The position numbers were made by a program, and so were the translations under genes. From contig CAIWMF010000066.1 in assembly GCA_903913785.1 (NCBI GenBank), forward strand, positions 1 to 38,149: a stretch of 38,149 bases of DNA, in the 5' to 3' direction. The notes beneath the pieces were generated by a model. It worked only from the letters and a program-made list of their open reading frames with translations, did no database searches and was not told where the DNA came from. Position 1 is the first letter of the stretch. Each line of letters begins with the position of its first letter. This document shows positions 9,178-19,953 of this stretch, piece by piece. This stretch comes from an uncultured Spartobacteria bacterium. GTDB lineage: Bacteria; Verrucomicrobiota; Verrucomicrobiia; Chthoniobacterales; UBA6821.

Positions 9178-9248
9178 TTAAGAAAAAATCACTGTGCTTC
9201 TAACGCTCTCTTCTCAATTTAAGACACTATAATAAGCTTTGCACTGCA

Positions 9249-9280
9249 CCTCATGACGATTCAGTATGAAATATTCTGGC
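9249..9280 (+). repeat. Partial R-arm fragment of the element family
   Basis: CCTCATGACGATTCAGTATGAAATATTCTGGC compares with the consensus R arm CCTCGTCACGATCAGTATGAAATATCCGGG. Confidence 0.6.
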
Positions 9281-9312
9281 GAAAGTGCCTCTAAATTCTC
9301 TGCCGTTTTCTC

Positions 9313-10596
9313 ATGCATTCTTTTCATTACATTAATAGCGTTCTGCATTGTGAAGGAGTTGACCTAGAAAGCTTGTCTCAAGAGGTTGGGACACCTGCCT
9401 ATGTCTACTCTGCAAGAACCATTCGTGATCATTTTCGTGCTCTTCAAAAAGCCCTTGGGTCTCTCCCTCATCGGCTCTGTTATGCGGTGAAGGCCAATAG
9501 CAATCTTGCCATTCTACGTTTGTTAAAAGAGGAGGGAGCCGGATTTGATATTGTTTCTGGAGGGGAACTCTTTAAAGTCCTCAAAGCAGGCGGGAGTGCG
9601 GGTCAGTGCACCTTTGCAGGAGTGGGCAAGATGCCTCATGAAATTGAGTACGCGCTAGGCGAGGGGGTTTACTCCTTCAATGTGGAGTCAGAAGGAGAGC
9701 TCGACCTCATCAATGCCATTGCCGGAAGACTAGGCTGCAAGGCCCCTATCGCCCTGCGTGTCAATCCTGATGTCGATACGCCAACACATCACTACATTTC
9801 TACAGGGAGACATAAAAATAAATTTGGCATCGGTCTTGATCGTGCAGAGTCGCTCTATGAACGAGCCGCCTCCTTACCTCATCTCAAGATCCGCGGCATT
9901 CAAACCCACATTGGCTCTCAAATTCTCCGCGCAGCGCCTTTCCTGGAGGCTATCGAGAAACTCACGCCGCTCGTGCAAAGAATTCAGGCACGCTATGCCT
10001 TAGAATTTTTTAGTATTGGGGGCGGTCTTGGGATTGTTTATCAAGGGGCACTTGCAAGTGGCGATGCCGCGTGGTGGGCTCAAGAAAGCAGAGGGGAGAA
10101 GCTTTCTGCGCACGACTACGCACGTCACATTCTCAAACCACTCGAGCAGCTCAATCTCCCCATTTTCTTAGAGCCAGGGAGGTTTCTCGTTGGCAATGCC
10201 GGAGTCTTACTCACAAAAGTCCTCTACCGCAAAGAGACGCCCGAGAAAAACTTCCTCATCGTCGATGCCGGGATGAATGATCTCATTCGCCCTGCACTCT
10301 ACCAAGGGCATCATGATCTTGAGCCGCTTGTGGCACCTGATGATCGTCCCTTGGAAAAGATCGATGTTGTTGGTCCTGTCTGTGAAAGTGGTGATTTTTT
10401 TGCCCAAGATCGCAGACTCCCTCGTATGGAGGAGGGAGAGCATCTTGCCGTCATGAGTGCAGGCGCCTATGGCCTCGTCATGGCATCGAACTACAATGCC
10501 CGTCCCTTACCACCAGAAATCCTCGTTAACGGCAGCACCGCCTCCCTTGTACGTCGTCGCCAGAGCTGGGAAAATCTCGTACGTGAAGAAATCTAA
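9313..10596 (+). CDS. lysA: Diaminopimelate decarboxylase
   Basis: 427-aa ORF with the PLP-lysine motif CYAVKANSNLAIL, plus GGGLGI, EPGRFLVGNAG and CESGD. Confidence 0.9.
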   Translation: MHSFHYINSVLHCEGVDLESLSQEVGTPAYVYSARTIRDHFRALQKALGSLPHRLCYAVKANSNLAILRLLKEEGAGFDIVSGGELFKVLKAGGSAGQCTFAGVGKMPHEIEYALGEGVYSFNVESEGELDLINAIAGRLGCKAPIALRVNPDVDTPTHHYISTGRHKNKFGIGLDRAESLYERAASLPHLKIRGIQTHIGSQILRAAPFLEAIEKLTPLVQRIQARYALEFFSIGGGLGIVYQGALASGDAAWWAQESRGEKLSAHDYARHILKPLEQLNLPIFLEPGRFLVGNAGVLLTKVLYRKETPEKNFLIVDAGMNDLIRPALYQGHHDLEPLVAPDDRPLEKIDVVGPVCESGDFFAQDRRLPRMEEGEHLAVMSAGAYGLVMASNYNARPLPPEILVNGSTASLVRRRQSWENLVREEI

Positions 10597-10649
10597 CCCG
10601 GATATTTCATGCCTTATCGTGACGAAGAGGCTTGCAAAGGCTGATGGGC
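10597..10649 (-). repeat. Solo R arm (inverted orientation) fused to the lysA stop codon
   Basis: CCCGGATATTTCATGCCTTATCGTGACGAAGAGGCTTGCAAAGGCTGATGGGC is the reverse complement of the R-arm consensus. It starts immediately after TAA at 10594-10596, and the rest of the element is absent. Confidence 0.75.
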
Positions 10650-10837
10650 TAGAGTAGAGCAATATTTTATTGCCATAAAGTTTTGCTCACTATTATCATC
10701 GTCTTCATGTCGATCTTTTCGATCGAGCCGGTCTCATCCTTACAAGACTCCCAAGAAGGGCAACCGGCAGAAAAATAACAAGCTCAAACCCGGTCGCGGT
10801 ACAACGCATCGGAAGTCACAAAAACCAAAAAAACGAT

Positions 10838-11413
10838 ATGTTAGGTTCTCTGCGTACAGTGGCTGGTAATGCAGGTAGTATGATTAAGGGTATGCCTGGC
10901 CGCTTCTCTCAACGTCTTAGGGGTGCTGACAATCAGTTTGAAGAGCGATATGCCCCAGAACTGAAAAACGTTAAAGCACAATTTGGCGAAACGGATGATA
11001 GGTATAAAAATTATTGTGAGCACGTAAAAGCACAGTATGACTATTCTTATAAGCACAGTTGGAATTCTGTTATATCTGTTGAGGATGAAGATGCCCTGAT
11101 GTTGAATCATGCATTAGCTCAATCAGAGGCCTCAAAGGCCGAGGCAGAAAAAAACACTTTTGCTTCTCTCAACATTACAACAGTAACCTCAGCATACGAT
11201 GATGATGATGAGACTTCTTCCTTAAGTAGTAGACTTAGTTTAAACAGCAGCTCGTCGCGCTCTAGATCAAACTCGACGTCATCGGTTGATTCCTCAATGA
11301 GTGAAGACTCAGATGATGATGGTTTAGGATATCGGAGCTCTAGATCCAGCTTCGCAAGCGACAGCAGTCTACCCCCCTCTTCCTCTTCCTCGTCCTCCGG
11401 AGAGGAAGAGTAG
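10838..11413 (+). CDS. Hypothetical protein with a UIM-like helix and a Ser/Asp/Glu-rich low-complexity tail
   Basis: 191-aa ORF. I recognise no enzyme motifs. It contains EDEDALMLNHALAQSEASKAE followed by DDDDETSS..SSSSRSRSNSTSS..SSSSSSGEEE. Confidence 0.5.
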   Translation: MLGSLRTVAGNAGSMIKGMPGRFSQRLRGADNQFEERYAPELKNVKAQFGETDDRYKNYCEHVKAQYDYSYKHSWNSVISVEDEDALMLNHALAQSEASKAEAEKNTFASLNITTVTSAYDDDDETSSLSSRLSLNSSSSRSRSNSTSSVDSSMSEDSDDDGLGYRSSRSSFASDSSLPPSSSSSSSGEEE

Positions 11414-11794
11414 ACCTGCAGGAACAGCACCACTCACGGGGGATAAAAAACAATTATTCAGCGCTCCTACAAGTAACGGTTCGCAGGGTAATAAACCTAC
11501 TGGTGAGCAGGGGCACACAGTTTTAAGGGGAATAAGGAATGTAATCTTCGCCTCAAAAGATGTGCCTCATCGAGCTACCCTAACGTCATCAGGCCCTGAT
11601 CAGCTAAGAGAATCAGAAGGCTATCCGTTGAGCGCCCTTCATATCGGTAGAATGAGTCAAGCAGGGATGCGAGGAGCATTTCAACAAGAACAAGAAATGC
11701 CTGATAGTTTCAGTTTCAATAGTAGGCTAACGCGTGTTACTGACTCAACAATGATTGCCCGTATTAAGCAACAAAACAGGGCAAGGTGATGTAC

Positions 11795-12232
11795 CTAATT
11801 AAGAGGATTGATCACTTTGAGGAAGTCAAATTTTCGAAAGTCAGTGTCTGCAGAGTAGATGGTTTTAACACCATGTTGTCGCAGGATTGCTGCTAGATGC
11901 GCATCAGAAACAAGGTTCCCGCGGACATGAAGCCCCTTAGTTGTGTGTGCATAGTGCTCGGCGAAACCTTCTTCTTCTCCAATCATTCTGACCTGAGGCA
12001 AAGCAAGCAAATCGTCAATATTTTTCCACGCTTCTTGAGGGGTAAGAGGAATAGGAAAAACGCTCGGGTGTGTTGTCATTCTTTGATAGCTCATTAACGT
12101 CATCCATGGCAGGAAGAGAAGTTCAGACTCATTGAGTTTCTCATCAAGAAAAGAAATTGCTTGTTGTTGGCAATCTTTGTCGCCTGGATTAGAAGCATAG
12201 ACAAAAATATTAACATCAATAGAGTAGCTCAT
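11795..12232 (-). CDS. vapC: PIN-domain ribonuclease toxin, VapC family
   Basis: 145-aa ORF with an N-terminal acidic residue context SIDVNIFVYA and C-terminal LVSDAHLAAILRQHGVKTIYSADTDFRKF, typical of VapC. It overlaps the upstream antitoxin ORF by 4 nt. Confidence 0.8.
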   Translation of the reverse strand: MSYSIDVNIFVYASNPGDKDCQQQAISFLDEKLNESELLFLPWMTLMSYQRMTTHPSVFPIPLTPQEAWKNIDDLLALPQVRMIGEEEGFAEHYAHTTKGLHVRGNLVSDAHLAAILRQHGVKTIYSADTDFRKFDFLKVINPLN

Positions 12233-12480
12233 TTTTTTTGGTAAAATTCTTGATCAAGAATTTTGTAAAGAGCTTCTTTATCAGAGATATCAATTTTTGC
12301 TGGCCCCATATTTTTTGAGTGCCATTTAAACTTTGGAGGCGCTTTCTTTTTTGCTTTATGAGCGGATAATGCCTCTGCAAGCAGTGCCGTCGCTGCTTTT
12401 CCAAGGGAAAAAGAATGACTCTTGCTAAAGGCTTTGAGCTCTTTAAGAATAGGTAGTTCTAGATCAAGTGTTGTTCTCAT
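12229..12480 (-). CDS. vapB: VapB-type antitoxin (MRTTLDL.. N-terminus, DUF2191-like)
   Basis: 83-aa ORF starting MRTTLDLELPILKELKAF, lying immediately upstream of vapC and translationally coupled to it. Confidence 0.7.
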   Translation of the reverse strand: MRTTLDLELPILKELKAFSKSHSFSLGKAATALLAEALSAHKAKKKAPPKFKWHSKNMGPAKIDISDKEALYKILDQEFYQKK

Positions 12481-12646
12481 GATGCGTGATGTTTTTCAAA
12501 AGAGCATCAGATGTCAATAAAAAATGAAGTGAACCATGATGGGTCGTAGGAGGGGTCAGGACATGGGTCACACGATGGTGTTTGTTGAGATGATGGTTTT
12601 GGGTTATTGTTACTAGTTTTCACAATGGAAGCTACGCACTTGATAG

Positions 12647-14887
<2,241 letters not shown>

Positions 14888-15063
14888 CCCGCATATTTCA
14901 TACCGATTCTGCTGCGGCTTGCGAACACCTGATGGATACTGCGTCAGCTTCGAATTGCTCCTCGGGCAGTATGAAACATACAGCCGTCGTCGCAATCCAT
15001 CACCTTCCTTTTCTAAATCAGGATTCGCGGCGCCTCGCGACGAATCAGTATGAAATATGCGGG
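14888..15063 (+). repeat. Mosaic TIR element, copy 6 (176 bp)
   Basis: Starts CCCGCATATTTCATAC immediately after the ligA TAA and ends GTATGAAATATGCGGG. Its interior shares ACATACAGCCGTCGTC..CATCAC with copy 4. Confidence 0.85.
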
Positions 15064-15137
15064 TTGCCTCATCAATAAATCAACGCTTGGTTTTGCTTGC
15101 TGGGAGTCTTTTGAATCGATACTCTTCAGCCTGATTT

Positions 15138-17918
15138 ATGCGTTATCGTGATACTGTTTCTTTACCCAAAACTGATTTCCCCATGAGGGCAGGGCTCGCC
15201 ACGCGTGAGGTAGAAATCCTCGCCCGCTGGAATCGAGAAAATATTTATGATCATATTCAGCAGGCTCGAGAAGGCTCGCCGCGTTACATCCTTCATGATG
15301 GGCCTCCCTTTGCCAATGGGAAGGTGCATATGGGCACTGCCTTAAATAAGCTCATCAAGGATTTTGTGGTGAAGTCAAAAACGATGTCTGGCTTTCAGGC
15401 TCCCTATATTCCTGGTTGGGATTGTCATGGACTTCCTATTGAATTTAAAGTCGTGCAATCCTCGGAGGGTCTCACTCCTCTTGAGATTCGCAAAAAATCC
15501 GAAGCCTACGCGCGTTCCTTTATTGATATTCAGCGTCAGGATTTTAAACGCTTAGGCGTCTTTGGGGATTGGGAGAATCCTTATCTCACACTTGATCCTG
15601 CCTACGAAGCTCAGATCATTCGCTCGTTTGGCAAGATTGTTGAACATGGGCTCGTCTACCGCAGCAAGAAGCCGGTCCATTGGAGTACGGGCGCTCAGAC
15701 CGCACTAGCAGAGGCGGAGATTGAATATCAGGAAAAGACATCTCCAGCCATTTATGTCGCCTTTCCTTGCAATCTTTCAGACAGCTTGGAGAGCGCTGAA
15801 GTATTGCGTAGCTCTTTGAGTCAAGAGCATCAAAGAGCTTTAGAAAATACGAATATTCTCATCTGGACAACGACTCCATGGACCTTGCCTGCGAATGTGG
15901 CTATTGCGCTTAAAGCCGATGCGACCTACGTCATTTTGCATGCACGGAAAAAAGAGAGTGCCCTTTTAGAATCCCAATACCTCGTTGCAGAAGCCCTCGT
16001 TGAAAAAATCTGTGAGGCCTGTGCCCTAGAAAAAATTTCCCTTGGACCCACCTTCTTAGGAAAAGAGCTCGAGGGGATGAGTGTGCAGCATCCTTTCTTG
16101 CGACGTAGGGCGACGCTTCTGTGTGCTGACTTTGTGACCCTCGATACCGGCACTGGCCTTGTGCACATCGCTCCCGGGCACGGTGAAGACGACTATGCCT
16201 TAGGGATGAAACATCATTTACCCCTTCTCTCGCCTGTAGATGATGCTGGTTGTTATACGCAGGAGTGCGGTCTTGCGCAGCTTATCGGCAAGCACGTCTT
16301 TGCTGGCAATCAAGAGATTATCGATTTGCTCGCCGCTCATGGGCTGCTACTCGGACATCACGACCACATTCATAGCTATCCGCATTGTTGGCGCTCGAAA
16401 ACCCCGATTCTCTTTCGAGCTGTGGAGCAATTTTTTATTAATATTTCTAAGCTTCGTGAACAAGCGCTCCATGCTATTGATGAAGTTGTGTGGCTGCCTC
16501 ATTGGGGACGCAATCGTATTCGTGGTACTGTGGAAAATCGTCCGGATTGGTGTATCTCGCGTCAACGCTCTTGGGGGGTCCCTTTGCCTGTTTTTTATGA
16601 TCAAGAAGATCAGCCTATTTTAGATCCTGCGATCATTAGTAAGGTTGCCGAAGTCATTGCCGAACACGGTTCTAATGCATGGTTCTCTCTAGATGATGCC
16701 ACATGGTGTGAGCTTGTCGGAGCGCCTAAGGGATCAACCCGTCGTTATGATACTCTTGATGTCTGGATTGATAGTGGTGTGAGTCATGAAGCCGTCTTGC
16801 GCACGAGGCAAGAATTGGACTTTCCAGCAGACCTCTACCTAGAGGCGACCGACCAGCATCGTGGTTGGTTTCAATCCTCACTCATGACTTCGATCGCGCT
16901 CCATGGTCTTGCCCCTTATAAAAGCGTCCTCACCCATGGCTACGTTGTGGATGTCGATACACGTGAGAAAATTTCAAAATCCAATCAAGGCACCCCTGGC
17001 TACCACAAACCAACGGAAGTAGAGCACTTTATTAAGACCTATGGCGCTGATATTGTGCGGCTCTGGGCGAGTAGCATTCAGATTACGGATGATGTTCCTT
17101 TTTCTGAGGAGATTTTTGCTCGTGTCACCGATGCGTATAGACGCTTGCGCAATACACTCCGGGTTCTTTTAGGAAATATCACTGGATATGACCGAGATGC
17201 GTCTCCGGTGGAACCAAGCGGCATTGACGCGTGGATCCTCGCGCGTCTCCAACAGGTCGTTAATATCTGCCGGGAAGCTTATGATGAGTTTGCCTTTCAG
17301 CGCGTGTATCACACTATTAACCAATTTTGCACCGTTGACTTGAGCAGCCACTACATTGATGCCACTAAGGACCGGCTCTACTGTGATCAAAAGAGCTCAG
17401 TGCGTCGTCGATCCACTCAGGCAACAATGGCAACTGTTTTTGAGACACTCACGCGTCTCCTGGCCCCAATCCTGGTCTTTACTGCTGAAGAAGCTTGGGG
17501 GCATTATTGCTCTACAAGCTCCATTCATGTAGAACTTTTCCCGCAAGTAAGACCAGTCGACGAGGCTCTCTTGGAGCGCTATGACAAGCTTTTTGCCTTG
17601 CGCGCAGAGATTGCACAAGCCCTAGAAAAAGCACAACATGACGGGCTTATTTCCAATCCACTCGAGGCACGCGTGATGGTCACAACAGAAGAGGCAAGCC
17701 TTTTACAAAGTGTTGCAACTCCCGAGGCTCTTGCCCAGATCGAAGAACTCTTTATCCTAAGCCATCTTGAAATCAGCCAAGGAGAGGAGCGTATCACTAT
17801 TGCAAAACAGACTGCCCAAAAATGTGAACGCTGTTGGCGTCATCGAGACGATGTCGGGAAGCATCAAGTGCACCCAACCTTGTGTAGCCGGTGCTTCGCA
17901 GCTGTTGAAGAAAGATAA
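15138..17918 (+). CDS. ileS: Isoleucyl-tRNA synthetase (bacterial type 1 with C-terminal zinc finger)
   Basis: 926-aa ORF with the HIGH-region PPFANGKVHMGT, a KMSKS-like KISKS and C-terminal CERCWRH..CSRC. Confidence 0.92.
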   Translation: MRYRDTVSLPKTDFPMRAGLATREVEILARWNRENIYDHIQQAREGSPRYILHDGPPFANGKVHMGTALNKLIKDFVVKSKTMSGFQAPYIPGWDCHGLPIEFKVVQSSEGLTPLEIRKKSEAYARSFIDIQRQDFKRLGVFGDWENPYLTLDPAYEAQIIRSFGKIVEHGLVYRSKKPVHWSTGAQTALAEAEIEYQEKTSPAIYVAFPCNLSDSLESAEVLRSSLSQEHQRALENTNILIWTTTPWTLPANVAIALKADATYVILHARKKESALLESQYLVAEALVEKICEACALEKISLGPTFLGKELEGMSVQHPFLRRRATLLCADFVTLDTGTGLVHIAPGHGEDDYALGMKHHLPLLSPVDDAGCYTQECGLAQLIGKHVFAGNQEIIDLLAAHGLLLGHHDHIHSYPHCWRSKTPILFRAVEQFFINISKLREQALHAIDEVVWLPHWGRNRIRGTVENRPDWCISRQRSWGVPLPVFYDQEDQPILDPAIISKVAEVIAEHGSNAWFSLDDATWCELVGAPKGSTRRYDTLDVWIDSGVSHEAVLRTRQELDFPADLYLEATDQHRGWFQSSLMTSIALHGLAPYKSVLTHGYVVDVDTREKISKSNQGTPGYHKPTEVEHFIKTYGADIVRLWASSIQITDDVPFSEEIFARVTDAYRRLRNTLRVLLGNITGYDRDASPVEPSGIDAWILARLQQVVNICREAYDEFAFQRVYHTINQFCTVDLSSHYIDATKDRLYCDQKSSVRRRSTQATMATVFETLTRLLAPILVFTAEEAWGHYCSTSSIHVELFPQVRPVDEALLERYDKLFALRAEIAQALEKAQHDGLISNPLEARVMVTTEEASLLQSVATPEALAQIEELFILSHLEISQGEERITIAKQTAQKCERCWRHRDDVGKHQVHPTLCSRCFAAVEER

Positions 17919-17943
17919 AAACTCGATCAATATAATTTTTTTT

Positions 17944-18399
17944 ATGACATCCCCGCTCTACTTTATCCCTATTGTTTTTTTATTAGTTGCTCTTGATCAG
18001 CTCACCAAGCTGCTTGTCCTCTGTGCTATTCCCCTCTATGGAACGCTCAAAATCATTCCTGGAATTTTTTATCTCACCCACCTCTACAATACGGGAGCGG
18101 CTTTTGGGATGATGCATGATAGCAATCGGTTTTTTATGATTGTTTCCCTTGCTGCCTTATTGATCTTATTTTGGCAGCGTCATCATTTTGTAGCACTCTC
18201 CTTGCAGCTCGGCTGGGTCTTATTGCTGAGTGGTATCCTTGGGAACCTTACGGATCGAATTTTCAGGGGGCATGTCGTTGATTTTTTAGGCGTGCAGATT
18301 TGGAATTATTATTGGCCGCCCTTTAATGTGGCCGATACCTGCATTTGTATGGCGACGGGCTTTTTTTTACTTAGCGCCTTTTCCTCTCAACGAAAATAG
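17944..18399 (+). CDS. lspA: Lipoprotein signal peptidase (signal peptidase II)
   Basis: The start is placed at Met60 of the tracked ORF (MTSPLYFIPIVFLL), because the upstream part overlaps ileS. Motifs are NTGAAFG, VVDF and FNVAD. The ileS-lspA order is canonical. Confidence 0.85.
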   Translation: MTSPLYFIPIVFLLVALDQLTKLLVLCAIPLYGTLKIIPGIFYLTHLYNTGAAFGMMHDSNRFFMIVSLAALLILFWQRHHFVALSLQLGWVLLLSGILGNLTDRIFRGHVVDFLGVQIWNYYWPPFNVADTCICMATGFFLLSAFSSQRK

Positions 18400-18406
18400 C
18401 AGGAGG

Positions 18407-18535
18407 AGTGTGAAATATGCGGGCTAGGCGGGTGAAGGATTATAATGCTGGGCTATCTGTATAACACACCTCCCAAATCACTATTCGAGACCAACGCAGT
18501 AATAGAGTCAAATGACGTTGAAATGAACCGCCGAG
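18407..18535. repeat. Rearranged debris of the element family
   Basis: A solo TIR AGTGTGAAATATGCGGG lies 8 nt after the lspA stop. In addition, 18447-18512 (GGGCTATCTGTATAACACACCTCCCAAATCACTATTCGAGACCAACGCAGTAAT) is homologous to 21196-21250. Confidence 0.6.
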
Positions 18536-18635
18536 TTATAGTGTATGCACTCCTCTTATTTCTCAATGAGAACTTGAGTTGATACTAGCTTTCTGCTAGG
18601 AGAGGATGGTTCTTTTCAATAATTGATCCTTCTTC

Positions 18636-19013
18636 ATGTCTTCTACTATTCAAAATCCCCACGATCGTTTCTTTCGCGCTTCGATGAGTAACCCAAAGGT
18701 GGCTCGAGAATTTATTAAAAAACATGTATCCACACCAACTCAAAAAAATATTATGACGATCGCAGAAGCATTTGTTGAAGAAGGCAGACAAGAAGGTATT
18801 CAAACAGGTATTCAAAAAGGCAGGCAGGAAGGCCAAAATGAAGAGCGTAAAAAATTCCGCGCACTCCTTCACAAACAACTCGAACGACGTTTCCCAGGTC
18901 AAGTGACTTCCAATCACTTGGGCTTACTTGAGGAGGCTGATGGTGAGTCACTCTCGCTTTGGGGAGAAAGACTCATCGATGCTCATTGTATTGAGGAAGT
19001 TTTTATTTGGTAG
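18636..19013 (+). pseudogene. Internally deleted remnant of an Rpn/YhgA-like (PD-(D/E)XK) recombination-promoting nuclease/putative transposase
   Basis: The 125-aa ORF joins the family-typical N-terminus (NPHDRFFRASMSNPKVAREFIKKHV) directly to the typical C-terminal tail (TIAEAFVEEGRQEGIQTGIQKGRQEGQ..LERRFPG..WGERLIDAHCIEEVF). The nuclease core is missing. Confidence 0.55.
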
Positions 19014-19097
19014 AATAAGTGTTTTGTCATTGGATTTTCTGGCTCTTTACCCGTCTTTTCGTCAGTAAACCTTGCACTGCGCCTTAAGACACTTCGG

Positions 19098-19112
19098 TAT
19101 GAGATATTTGGG
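19098..19112. repeat. Degenerate solo TIR abutting the stop codon of the cyclo-ligase gene
   Basis: GTATGAGATATTTGGG compares with the consensus GTATGAAATATGCGGG (3 mismatches). It is followed directly by CTA, which is the minus-strand TAG stop at 19113-19115. Confidence 0.3.
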
Positions 19113-19883
19113 CTACGTGCAAGGGCTCTCACCGATTGCAACCACGTAATCCATGCAAATATCATGGGGCTCTTTTGGTACGTCTAAGACAAGTTGCCAT
19201 GGCCATGCGATGCCTGTTTTAAGGCCCCTCCATCGTGAGTCACCTAAGAGTCGATCATAAAAACCACCGCCACGTCCTAGTCGTCCGCCTGTATGATCAA
19301 AGGCAAGTCCTGGGATTAGCCCCACATCTACCTCTTCAAGTGATGCCTCTTTCCAGGTTTTAGGATCTGGTTCTTGAATGCCATAAGATCCTTGGACCCA
19401 ATTGGCATCTCGGTTCCATTGATAGAGGTGTAGTTTTTCGTGATAGATACGAGGGAAAAGAAGCTTCTTTTTTTGCAAGGTTTCTAACCATGATTGCTCG
19501 TTGCACTTAGGAATATGAAAGATCGAGTGTAATAAAATGAGAGGATCGGGCTCCCCGGGGAGTGGCGCATAGAGTAGGATCACTGAAGCATTGTTCCAGT
19601 CAGGAACTTTGATCTTCACGATTTCATCAAACTTAGATGACCTTTTTGAGGTGATGCGCTCTTTCTCACCATGCGATAAAAAAGCGCATCCTTGCTGATG
19701 AGTCGTTGCGTGCAGAGGCTGTTGCTTTTTTAATAAAGTCCGCATGGTCGACCTCATGAGCTCTTTTTCTCTGAGCCTAAGCAAGTCATGATGATCGTGG
19801 TGAGAATATTGTTTTTTTAATTCCCGATTCATACAACTCTTTGAGGACATGGGAGTGAAGGAGGCGAAGATATTCCGTGGCAT
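19113..19883 (-). CDS. 5-formyltetrahydrofolate cyclo-ligase family protein
   Basis: 256-aa ORF with LLYAPLPGEPDP and the C-terminal signature IPGLAFDHTGGRLGRGGGFYDRLL. The N-terminus is longer than usual, so the true start may be an internal Met (e.g. 19832). Confidence 0.7.
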   Translation of the reverse strand: MPRNIFASFTPMSSKSCMNRELKKQYSHHDHHDLLRLREKELMRSTMRTLLKKQQPLHATTHQQGCAFLSHGEKERITSKRSSKFDEIVKIKVPDWNNASVILLYAPLPGEPDPLILLHSIFHIPKCNEQSWLETLQKKKLLFPRIYHEKLHLYQWNRDANWVQGSYGIQEPDPKTWKEASLEEVDVGLIPGLAFDHTGGRLGRGGGFYDRLLGDSRWRGLKTGIAWPWQLVLDVPKEPHDICMDYVVAIGESPCT

Positions 19884-19953
19884 TGCAGTGATGTATTCAA
19901 GCCTGACTCCTGGACGTTGACGACCTCTTTTTTCTCTCTATAGTAGGAGCGCT

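Noticed and set aside
11119-11433. 104-aa minus-strand ORF (Glu/Ser-rich) antisense to the Ser/Asp-rich gene
   Set aside because: It is a mirror-image low-complexity frame generated by the TCN/GAN repeat on the opposite strand, with no independent support.
15064-15137. T-box or leader-type regulatory RNA upstream of ileS, and likewise upstream of aspS
   Set aside because: The untranslated spacers are too short (~70 nt and ~30 nt) to hold a T-box leader, and I saw no specifier or antiterminator features.
17767-17943. N-terminal extension of the lspA ORF, and similarly 35619-35681 for rbfA
   Set aside because: The lspA extension overlaps the ileS 3' end in another frame. The rbfA extension starts at TTG and encodes a non-conserved hydrophobic stretch. 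Family-typical N-termini begin at the internal ATGs (17944 and 35682).
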